From Eledone cirrhosa (Eukaryota), in NCBI GenBank assembly GCA_964016885.1, contig OZ024744.1, forward strand, positions 65,162,001 to 65,226,000: a stretch of 64,000 nucleotides of DNA, given 5' to 3'. Both the position numbers and the translations under genes were made by a program. Shown piece by piece: positions 23,843-34,504 of this stretch; positions within the stretch are counted from its first letter, which is position 1, and every line of letters starts with the position of its first letter. Below the pieces are notes generated by a model. That model saw nothing but the letters and a program-made list of their open reading frames with translations. It searched no databases and was not told the origin of the DNA.

Positions 23843-24345
23843 ATCTAGGAACAGTTTAGGTATGATACATTTTATTACTAATTATATCTAAATGTTTCTT
23901 CTCTCTTCATAATGTATTTTTAACTCTGATACTGGTTCAGTCTAATTCAACCGGATTGGTCTGTCCCAGTCATTCATTGAGCAACATCGGTGAGGTTGGC
24001 ACCATTGACTCACGGTTGGGTGTGGATGCATTCATGTATATGTGTGTGTCCGCATGTATCTGTGTGTTTCTAAATATATTGTTCATAACTCCCTCTGGTC
24101 GAGTAATCTTTGAAGTGTGGTGACTGCTGGAAAGCTGCCATTACTCATACTTCTCGCCTCCTTCACCACCTCTTCTGTGGCTTCGATATGAATACCCCCT
24201 CCGCCTCCGTGGTATTTTCTTCGGGGTTATAAGAGGCTTAGCTCTGTTTCTCGACCGTTATATCGCGTGACTATCTCCCCCTCCGCCTTTTGGGATTCTT
24301 TCTCACGTCATGTAGACGCGTTCTTGAAGCTAGTAAAATGAGGTA

Positions 24346-24435
24346 TCCTCTTGATAAGTCGGCAGACCTCGCAGGGACTCTATATCTTTATGATGTATTG
24401 TTTTTGTTTATGCCACGAAACTACGTAGTCGAGGA
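24346..24435 (+). ncRNA. Type I hammerhead ribozyme, U3-A8 core variant (copy 2)
   Basis: Same core and stems as 23753-23842. Confidence 0.75.
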
Positions 24436-24518
24436 ATCTAGGAACAGTTTAGGTATGATACATTTTATTACTAATTATATCTAAATGTTTCTTCTCTCTT
24501 CATAATGTATATATATAT

Positions 24519-27320
24519 AGCCAGGTAGATTATATCCTTACCAGAAGACGTGACAGAGTGTCTGTTGTAAACACTAAATCCCTCCCCCATGAAGAATGCA
24601 CCTCCCAACATAGACTGATAATTAGCGACCTCATAGTCAGGACGAGACGTACTCGACAGCAGAAGAGGACTATCCTCAGGAGAAAAATATGGAAGCTAAA
24701 GGACCCCACAGCCAGAAATAAATTTCAAAGCATATTACTTGATGCTTTCGACAGTAAGGAAGAACATTTAGAGTCGGACAATATAGAGGGACAGTGGGAA
24801 TTTCTGAAAGCAAACCTGCTGTTGGCGACAGACGAAGTCTGTGGCTGGAGCAGGCCTGTAGGCAGGAAGAGAGTAACATGGTGGTGGAACAGTAAGGTGG
24901 AGGGGTCAATCAAGGCCAAAAAGCAGGCTTGGAAAGTATGGCGGGATGGGGGAAGTAGAGTAGACTATCAAGTGGCCAGGAGGGAAGCTAGGAGAGAAGT
25001 GTACTTAGCAAGAAGGGAAGCTGAGGAAAGAAAGTTCAAGCATGTTCTACAACGCGATGACCAAAAACGTGAGGTGTTCAGGATTGCTAGGCAATGCGTC
25101 AAGGAAAACCGTGATATTGTCGGGGAGAAGTGTGTACTTAACGATGATGGCATACTTGCCATCACCGACACTGATAAGAAGGTAGCTTGGAAGTGTCACT
25201 ATGAAAGGCTACTAAACGAGGAGAATAAATGGGAGAAAGACAGTCTCCCCCATATCGACCTAATAGAGGGACCAGCAGTGTTAGTCGAGGGGAGTATAAT
25301 AAGTAAGGCAATCAAGGATATGAAGACGGGTAAGGCGGCTGGGCCTTCGGAAATAGTTGCTGAGATGCTGAAGGCATCTGGCACGGTGGGACACACCATG
25401 GTCACCCGCATAGTTAACCAAGTCGTACAGAATGGGGTTGTTCCGAAGGACTGGCATAGCAACATCATCGTTAACTGTTATAAGGGTAAAGGAGACGCCC
25501 TAGATAGGAGTAACTATAGAGGCATTAAATTAATCGACCAGGTCATGAAGGTCACGGAAAAAGTAATAGCGCAACTAATCAGAGAGAGAATTGACCTAGA
25601 TGAAATGCAGTTCGGGTTTGTGTCAGGCAAAAGTACCACAGATGCTCTTTTCATAGTACGACAACTACAGGAGAAGTACCTAGCTAAAGGTAAACCCCTC
25701 TACTTAGCTTTTGTCGACTTGGAGAAAGCCTTCGACAGAGTCCCTCGCTCCATTATCTGGTGGGCTCTTAGAAAACTAGGCGTTGACGAATGGCTTGTGA
25801 GGGCTATACAAGCCATGTATAAAGAAACAGTCAGCAAGGTTAGAATTAACAACGAATATAGTGAAGAGTTTAGCGTAAAAGTTGGCGTCCATCAGGGCTC
25901 TGTTCTCAGCCCCCTACTATTTATTATTGCCCTTCAGGCTATAACAGAGGAGTTCAAGACAGGCTGCCCATGGGAACTCCTATACGCAGACGACCTGACA
26001 CTCGTAGCGGAATCAATGGCCGAGCTAGAGAAGAAATTCCAAACATGGAAGCACGGCCTAGAGTCAAAAGGACTTAAAATTAACCTGGCTAAGACCAAAG
26101 TTCTAGTTTGTAGGAAAGAAAACAAGGCGGCGGTCCCTTCTGGGAAATGGTCGTGCTCGGTGTGTAGGAAAGGCGTAGGTAGAAACTCCATTTTATGTCC
26201 TAAATGCAAAGTATGGGTGCATAAAAGATGTAGTGGGATCACAGGTAAGCTAACTAAGAACATAGATTTTACATGTGGCCGGTGTTCTGGTGCAATAAGT
26301 AGCAGCAAGGGCCCACAAAATACTAGCTCTTTCAATTGCGCAGAGGGTTCTATAGAAATAGTGGACAGCTTCCGTTACCTGGGCGATAAAATCAGCAGTG
26401 GGGGAGGGTGCTCTGAAAGTACTGTAGCTAGAGTCAGAACTGGTTGGAAAAAGTTCAGAGAGCTTATACCACTATTAGCTGCTAAAGGGTTCTCCCTAAA
26501 AATGAAAGGCAGGTTGTACGATGCCTGCATACGAACAGCAATGTTGCATGGCAGTGAGACCTGGGCATTGTGTGCAGAGGATATACGCAGACTAGAGAGG
26601 AATGAAGTTTGCATGCTCCGCTGGATGTGTAACAGTAATATACGTGAACGGCAAAGCATAAACGAACTAAGGAAAAAATTAGAGATAAGAGGGATCAGAT
26701 GTTATTTACTCGAGAGAAGGCTACGTTAGTATGGACACGTGATGCTCATGAAAGTCGATAGCTGTATAACAAAGTGCAGGGCAATAAAGATAGACGGTAG
26801 TCACGGAATAGGCAGACGTAGAAAAACCTGGGACGAGCTGATAAACTCCGACATCACACACTTACACCTCTCCAAGACAATGTCACTGGACCGAGACCTT
26901 TGGCGGTACTCAGTAACAGAGAAGACCCGCCTTACCTAAATATATAGTAAAACCTACTCCAGCCAGTAGGCATCTCTAACAAAATACACCCCGTCCCACC
27001 ACCCCCACCCTCACCCCATCCACACCACCCCGTTCTATGTAAAGTTATGTTGGTGCCACGCCATCCAGGCCGAAACAAATGAGATCGTGTAGGTGTCACG
27101 ACAAAAAAACACACAGTCCACGCTGTAATGTGGCCGTGGCAGTCCACACTGTAAATATGGTTGGTGTTAGGAAGGGCATCCAACTGTAGAAAACCTGCCA
27201 GACAGTCCTATGCGAGCAAGACAATCACTCTTGCCTCAAGTGGGACTACCCCCGTCCAAACCCATGCAAGCGTGGAACACGGACGTTAAACGTTGATGAT
27301 GATGATGATGATGATGATGA
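24519..27320 (+). mobile_element. Young 5'-truncated RTE LINE with 3' UTR and (GAT)n tail, inserted in (TA)n
   Basis: Begins at SQVDYILT (end of the APE domain), carries the RT, and ends GGACGTTAAACGTT(GAT)n. TA repeats on both sides; closely related to 60023-64000. Confidence 0.97.
24558..26938 (+). CDS. RTE retrotransposon ORF (RT plus PHD finger), 5'-truncated, one premature stop at 26727-26729
   Basis: Motifs GKAAGP, NYRGIKL, QFGF, AFVDLEKAFDRV, GVHQGSVLSPLLF, LLYADD, FRYLG. TGG>TAG at RLRW compared with the 60420 paralog. Confidence 0.93.
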
Positions 27321-27482
27321 TATATATATATATATATATATATTAGAAAGTGAGGTGTTTTTTTTACAAAATGAAAAATAACCGAGGTGTCCTACACGAG
27401 TGAAAGTATAAAGAAAAAAAGATGAAATCTAAAATGCAACTGGAGTTTTATTTTTAAAAAAATATATATATTTATTTGGTTC

Positions 27483-27518
27483 CTTTACCGGTTTCGCAGT
27501 TCTTCTGCTTTTCAAAAG
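27483..27518 (-). ncRNA. Minimal hammerhead motif, U3-A8 variant
   Basis: Minus strand ctt-TTGAAAA-gcag-aagaa-ctgc-GAAA-CCGG-TA-aag. Stem I is only 3 bp. A mutated relative lies at 23623-23660. Confidence 0.6.
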
Positions 27519-27576
27519 TAGAGTTGAGATGGAGGGTCTGTGGTTTTTCTCACATCTCATGTATATATATATATAT

Positions 27577-27760
27577 ATAGGAACCAATAAGACCCCGACG
27601 GCTGAGCTCAAGCCGTTTCGACGGCTAATTCTGGACGTCATAACGGCTTGAGCTCAGCCGTCGGGGTCTTACTGGTTCCTATTACCCACTCTACTACCCC
27701 AAGTATTGAGTACTTTGGTGCGTTATGGTCCACCTGGTTCCTTACCACATTTCCTTCGTT
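27577..27760. mobile_element. Penelope-like fold-back fragment, paralog of 9420-9630
   Basis: Inverted arms 27577-27617 and 27642-27682, with (TA)n on both sides. Confidence 0.8.
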
Positions 27761-27852
27761 ATATATATATATATATATATTGCAAGGCAAAAATATACAT
27801 CTTACCTCAAACATACTAAACAAGGTTGAGCAGACACATTCTAAACATCAGA

Positions 27853-28220
27853 CTGGAATTGAAATAAACTATGTGATAAGATGGATGAGAAATGTTCTAA
27901 ATGTGGTCACATTCAGGTGGTTGAAGGAAAGATTCTTTAGAAGTTCTCAGAGAAATCCTCTGTTGTGGTAATGGACAGGTATTACTACCACCTATTCTCC
28001 ATTCATCTGCTGTGATTAAAGAACTGTTAATTTAAACTATTGATGATGGTGTCAAATTTATATCTAGTATGAGGGGCTTACAATTCATGATTTCATCTTT
28101 CATATCCTCAGACATAATGGGTACTAAATCTTAATCCATTAGGAATATATACACATAAATAGACAATGAGGGTCTTCCATCGATTACCCTTTTATTTAAT
28201 TGCTTCTACAAATCACGAAT
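27853..28220. repeat. About 370-bp segment duplicated in inverted orientation at 42464-42830
   Basis: Near-identical reverse complements with only a few differences by eye. Confidence 0.92.
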
Positions 28221-28640
28221 CTCCATCTTGCCAACAACAACCCTGAGCACCTTTTTGAATTCCATGTGTCTAACCACTGTGGACATAATTACAAAATCAG
28301 AAAACAGTACAGCTCCCATGAATTTCGTAAACATTTTTTCACGCTCAGGGTTTCTGAAGAATGGAACAAACTACCTGCATCAGTTGTTAGCTGTCGGGGC
28401 ACTGCATCCTTTAAAACCTCCATGCTTCCCAAAATTCGCCAACACTACACCTGATATCCCCCCCCCCCCCCCTTACACACACGCGCGCATGTATCTGTGA
28501 GTATCTGTGTGTATATCATGACATACTCTGCTCACTTTCCTGACATTTGTACATTATTCTATGTACTATATTTACACCTTTGCTGAGTTGCAGTGCATCT
28601 GAGCACTGTACACAATAATTTTAATGATTATTATTATTAT
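28220..28640 (+). mobile_element. CR1-clade LINE 3' fragment
   Basis: GHNYKIRKQ....FRKHFFTLRVSEEWNKLPASVV....TASFK, a typical CR1 C-terminus, with an (ATT)n tail. Confidence 0.85.
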
Positions 28641-28642
28641 TA

Positions 28643-29039
28643 AGGTGGTGGATTGGCAGTATCGGTAGAGGGTCGGACGCCATGCTTTGACGCATAGAGT
28701 TACAGCCCTTTCCATTCTGAGTTCAAATCCCGCTGAGGTTAACTTTGCCTTTCATCCTTACGGGGTCGATAAAATAAAGTACCAGTAATGTACTGGGTAA
28801 TTGCTGGCCTTGTGCCTAAAGTAGAAACAATTATTATTGATAAAGGGTGGTAGATTTGCAGTACGGGTAGAGGGTCTGAAACCATGCTTTGCAGCAAAGA
28901 GTTACGGCCCTTTATGGTCTGAGTTCAAATCCTGCTAAGTTTAACTTTGCCTTACGGGGTCGATAAAATAAAACACCAGTAATACACCAGGATAATTGCT
29001 GGCCTTGTGCCAAAAGTAGAAACAATTATTATTATTATT
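28643..29039 (+). mobile_element. Two tandem SINE family A copies (28643-28838, 28845-29039)
   Basis: Match 12684-12875. Each is inserted in the ATT tail of the preceding element. Confidence 0.9.
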
Positions 29040-29269
29040 GATAGGAGTGTAAGATTTAGATTTAATATTAGGGGCTTATAACTCATGATTTAGTTTTCCC
29101 ATCCTCAAACATAATGGGTACTAAATAGTGTGTGTATGCATGCAATTGATGGCGGGGTGGGGTGTCTCCCAGCAAATACTCTCATATTTAATTGCCTTCA
29201 GAATATCAGGAATCACTACCTTTTGCAGTTTATGTCAATCAGTCACGTTCCAGAAACTGGTGCAGCCAC

Positions 29270-29600
29270 TCGTTGGGTGCCACTCTAGATGTTTTTGTAG
29301 TCAGCTGTTGCCACTGGCCACTATTCTCCATCATTTTTAGAAGGGTACCAGTGTGGTGACCAGTCAAGTCTTTAATGTTGTTGGACCAAGATTTTCTTTG
29401 TCTGTCTCTCCTTCACCCTCCCTCAAATATGTCCTGAAAGATGGTTTTAGAGGAGTTGTGGTAGGATTCATGACCATACCAGGCACGCTTCCATTTTTTT
29501 TCCCCATTGCAAGGTATGGTCATGAATCCCACCACAACTTCTTGTCTAAAATCCTCCTTCCTGTCTGCCAACATATTTGTTAACTTCCTGCTTGGCAAAG
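29270..29600 (-). mobile_element. Decayed RTE C-terminal fragment (another family)
   Basis: AWYGH....SKTIFQDIFEGG.RRDRQRKSWSNNIKDLTG. Confidence 0.65.
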
Positions 29601-29845
29601 TTGTTTTGTTTTGTGCTCCGTGTATGGGATGTAAGGGATGTTTAGCAGTTTTCATAGTTATTTCCAGTTACATATATACTATAGGAATTTACAAAACAAT
29701 GATATTAATGCAAATCACACTATCTTGAAGATAGTGTGTTCACACTAAAATACATACACGCTCTCTCTTTCTCTCTCACACACACACATATATATATGTG
29801 TGTGTGTGTGTGCAGATGCATTTCACAGTATTGACATAGGAAGAT

Positions 29846-30026
29846 ATAATTGTTTCTACTTTTGGCACAAGGCCAGCAATTTTCCAGTACATTACTGGTA
29901 CTTTATTTTATCGACCCCGTAAGGATGAAAGGCAAAGTTAACCTCGGCGGGATTTGAACTCAGATCGTAAAGGGACGTAACTCTTTGCATCAAAGAATGG
30001 CGTCCGACCCTCTACTGAAACTGCCA
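29846..30026 (-). mobile_element. SINE family A
   Basis: Reverse complement of the family consensus seen elsewhere in the window. Confidence 0.9.
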
Positions 30027-31189
30027 AATAATGTTTTCTAGCAAGTTCTGCTTGCTACTCTACCAATTCTACTAACATATTTTTTTGACTTTTAGTAGTA
30101 TTAGTAAGTTCTGTTAAAGACAAGATGGGGATGAGGGTGTCATTTATAATACTTACTCTTGTTTCATGAATGTTGTTTCCAGTACTCTAATACACACACA
30201 CGCACACACACACACACATATATATACACACACACATATATACATACATGTATACTCACACATATATATACATAAATACACTCACACACACACACTTATA
30301 TATAAACACACACAAATATATATATATATCATCATCATTGTTTAGTGTCCATTTTACCATGCTTGCATGGGTTAGATGGGTCATCCATGCTGGGAGGTAA
30401 ATCTGGCCACAGTTGGCCATGTCACACCTTGCTCTGGTGAGAACTGTAAATTTGCCTGTGTATTTTACAATATTGTGGAATTTGATGGCTCCATTATGAA
30501 GAGGGACGGGCCAGTTGGCCACGCCAAACCCGTCTCACAACGGAACCCTAGTTTTGGAGCCCAGTACTGGATGGCACTGCTATGAGGAGAGGCAGGCCAG
30601 TCGGCCACGCTAAACCCATCTCACAACATTACTACAGTTTTGAGGCCCAGTACTGGATGACACATATATATATATCTTCATCATCGTCATTGTTAAATAT
30701 CCACTTTCCCTGCTAGAAAAGGTTTGTTTGGGTCTACATAAATCAAGTCAGTACTGAAGTAGGACTGCTGACTTCCCAGGCAGGCCGAGAGGTCTGCGTC
30801 TCTCTTACATATAGTCATACATTCTATCGAGTGTACAGGAGAGGTTGTGTCTTTTGATTTACATGAGAGTCAAAAGATTATACACTTTTTCTTCCCTTTA
30901 ATAAATTGCTCTTTTTATTATTGCTCTCTTTATCAAAGGGCACTTAAATAACACATATGTGCAACTACAAGTCTGCAGAAAATTGTCCTGAATGAAGCCT
31001 GTCCGTGATATAAAAAAGGCTGGAGACCACTGTTGTACACAATTAACTGGAATATTCTGGATAAATCATGCCCTTATAGGATGGAAACAAAGAGATGTTC
31101 AGGGGCCATGCTGGTGACACAAGAAATAGCATGCTGTCCACACCACACTGTAAAGTGGTTGTTTTGGAGTCACAACAAAAAAACCCATA

Positions 31190-31390
31190 CATAACCTACC
31201 TATCTACCTATCTACCTACCAACCTGCCTACCTACCTACCAACCTGCCTACCTACCTACCTATCTACCTACCTACCTACCTCCCAACCTACTTACCTATT
31301 TGTCTACCTGTCTACTCATCTACATGTCTATTTGTCTATCTGTGTATCTGTGAATCTATCTATCTGTCTATCTATCCACCTATCTATCTA
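31190..31390. repeat. (CTAC)n / (CTAT)n microsatellite
   Basis: Directly visible. Confidence 0.95.
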
Positions 31391-32957
31391 CTGGCACATC
31401 GAATGTGCTCAGGCGCTCACAGTCCTCTGGCAAATGGACCCGGCGATCAGTGGAGACTCCACTTCGACATTCTATAGAGGGTTGGTCCACAGCAAGTGCG
31501 ACGACACGCTCGGAGAAACTCTGGGCATAGAGGAGGACGAACTGGCCAGTCTGTTCGGTAGGACCTTCCGCCCGGGACCAATGGACAACTTCGAAAAGTC
31601 CCTGGCCTGGCAGTGCTACCGAGGAGCTCTACAGACACGGGCGCCCGGGTAGGGACCCTTCAAAAAAGATCTGTCCAAGATGCGTGTGCAACGAGGAAAC
31701 CGTCGCACACGCATTTGTACACTGCCCGGGTGTTACCGACCTGTGGGGCTATGTAGAACGACTATTGTCGCGGGTGGGACCAATCCAGTTGACCACCGAG
31801 TCCATTGTCATGATCAAATCGCCACCCTCCTTCAAAAACGAAGGAGAGGTGGTTTTCCTATGTGTTATGGCTATGGTGAAAGAGGTTATATGGTGGACGA
31901 GGTTAAAAGGGCTGAGGTCAGACACCTTTCTCTCCTGCGAACAACTGATTCGTTTTTTAAAATATCATTTTGGAAGAAGAATCAGGATGGAGAGAGAGGT
32001 GCTGTACCCCAGCAAATTTTATAAAAGGTGGGTGAATGTGGCAAAGATGGCCCAAGTGGTTGGGCCTTCTCTCTATATAAGCCTGTAGGTTGAGGAAAAA
32101 GAGGAAGAGAGGAAGGGAGTACTCACTCTTGGTGCTCCTGGAGATGAGGGTTGTACATTATTTCGGGGTGTGTACAACCCTGTGTAACACCTCCCCCTTA
32201 TTGGGGATTTCAATTGTTATTTGTTATTTTATTAATAGTTTTATTTTCATATACCTGTATGTAAACTCCCAATTTGTATTTGTCCCCTTCTTTTGTGCCC
32301 TTGTGGCTAATAAAGAAATTTATCTATCTGTCTATCTACGCATTCATACACTGCCCGGGCGTCACTGACCTGTGGGGCTATGTAGAACGACTATTGTCGC
32401 GGGTGGGACCAATCCAGTTGACCACCGAGTCCATTGTCATGATCAAACCGCCACCCTCCTTCAAAAACGAAGGAGAGGCGGTTTTCCTTTGTGTGATAGC
32501 TATGGCGAAAGAGGTTGTATGGTGAACAAGGTTGAAAGGGCTGAGGTCAGACACCTTTTTCTCCGGCCAACAACTGATTCTTTTTTTCAAATACCACTTT
32601 GGAAGAAGAATCAGGATGGAGAGAGAGGTGCTGTACCCCAGCAAGTTTTATGAAAGGTGGGTGAAAGTGGCGAGAATGGCCCGAGTGAATGGGCCTTCTC
32701 TCTATATCAGCCTGTAGGTTGAGGAAAAGGAGGAGGAGAGGAAAGGAGTACAAACTCTTCGTACTCCTGGAGATGAGGGTTGCACATTTTTTCGGGGGTA
32801 TGTGTTACCCATATGAACTGTCTCCCCTATTGGGGAAAATCGACTAACTTTTTAAATTACATTTGTGATAACATTTTACACGTTTTTTATTGTATGTAAA
32901 CTTCCCCCTTTGTATTTGTCCCCTTCTTTTGTGCCCCTGTGGCTAATAAAGAAACAT
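31391..32957 (+). mobile_element. Two tandem Tx1/L1-clade 3' fragments (31391-32318, 32339-32957) within (TATC)n
   Basis: C-terminal zinc motif CPRCVCNEETVAHAFVHC..LW. Both end CCC(T/C)TGTGGCTAATAAAGAAA followed by TATC repeats. Confidence 0.88.
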
Positions 32958-33077
32958 ATCTATCTATCTATCTCTCTATCTATCTCTCTATCTGTCTGTT
33001 TATCCCTCTATTTTCACTTGTAGGCTCTGTTACAATACATATGTTGAGATGAATGTGGATATTTTTATAAATACATA

Positions 33078-33118
<41 letters not shown>

Positions 33119-33227
33119 TGCCAGCACACACGTACACATATATGCATTGGATTGATAGAGTTATATAGATTACAGAGTATCTTGATAGATATATAGATCT
33201 GTAGATTGATAGGTAAGTAAATAGATA

Positions 33228-33815
33228 TCTTTCTTTATTTGCCACAGGGGCGTACAAAATGGGACATTACAAGACGTGACGGCGGGGGTTTTACATAAAA
33301 ATCATATAACTTTAACATTAATAAATAACAATAAACAATATATAATAAAATAATTGAAATCCCCAATAGGGAACGTTACTGCAGAGTTGTTTTACACCCC
33401 CGTGGATAGAACCACCCTCAACACCAGGAACACGTTTTGTAGGTGTTCCCGTCTTCCTTCTGTTTATCTTCCTCAACCTAGAGGTTTATATACAGAGAAG
33501 GCCCATTCACTCGGGCCATTTTCGCCACATTCACCCACCTTTCAGCGAATTTACTGGGGTGTAGCACCTCTCTCTCCACTCGCACCTTCCTTCTGAAGTG
33601 ATACTTAAAGAAGGGGATAAGTTGTTGTCCGGAGAGAAAAGTGTTTGCCCGCAGTCTTTTAACCTCATCCACCATATTACCTCTTTCGCCATAGCCACCA
33701 GACAGAGGAAAACCGCCTCTCCTTCGTTCTTAAATGAAGGCGGCGGGGTGATCCTCATGGTGAACTCAGCTGACAACTTGATGCATCCTACACATGACAG
33801 TAGGTGTTCGACATC
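33228..33815 (-). mobile_element. Tx1/L1-clade 3' fragment
   Basis: PPSFKNEGEAVFLCLVAMAKEVIWW...; ends GTGGCAAATAAAGAAAGATATCT. Confidence 0.88.
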
Positions 33816-34130
33816 CAAAAATTTTTTTTTCATGAACTATTTCGCCTAAAGGCGTAGAATATTTTGAGAGACTGACCAGATCAAAATTTGACCTGGCAGT
33901 CCCTCTACATATTGGTATAAAAATGAAGGTTCACAGTCAAGAATTTCTACAGAAATTTAAGCAGAACTTACCCAGCAAGTTTCACGCGGGTGTCCATCCC
34001 AGTTGACAGATACATAGGTAGGTAAATAGATAGATAAATAGTTACACACACACACTCACATGTATCTATAATATATATATATGTTTATATATATATACAT
34101 ACACACACACACACATATATATAAATGGTT

Positions 34131-34197
34131 TTTTATCTGACGAAAACGCAAATGTCATCGCATGATGATATTTGTTTTTGAAATGCGCATAATAAAA
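34131..34197 (+). ncRNA. Apparently intact type I hammerhead ribozyme (AUA triplet)
   Basis: ttttat-CTGACGA-[16-bp stem II with 1 mismatch, loop GCAT]-GAAA-T-GCGC-A-TA-ataaaa. Confidence 0.82.
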
Positions 34198-34504
34198 TAC
34201 ATGGAACTCTTTTAACCATCTTTTGATCTTATATTATATTATATATATATATATAGTTAATAATAGAAACAAACAAAACAAAGGAAGAAATTTATACAGA
34301 GTTGTATTAGGTTCACGTTTGGTGGAAGTGGAGGAGGTTTCAACGTTTCAGACAGGAGTCCTTCTTCATGAAATTGCAGCTACACGATATATATATATAA
34401 GCTTCTCTAAATTGTTTATTGAGATGTAAAGTATATTACTGACAAATTTTTAAATATATATATATGGTGCTACTAAGTTAGACATGGCGTGGGCCAATAC
34501 TGGC

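Larger units (their letters stand above)
23460..24510. mobile_element. Cluster of Penelope-like fragments with a 199-bp direct repeat (23719-23917 and 24312-24510)
   Basis: The two copies differ at one position and each carries a hammerhead. Internal inversion ATATTTAGAAACACACAG (23702) versus its reverse complement (about 24060-24077). Confidence 0.7.

Noticed and set aside
25934-26659. Antisense ORFs opposite the RTE ORFs
   Set aside because: Shadow ORFs of coding sequence with no recognisable motifs.
24558-26729. Prokaryotic RT system (retron, DGR, group II intron)
   Set aside because: The motifs, the APE domain in paralogs and the (GAT)n tail identify a eukaryotic RTE LINE.
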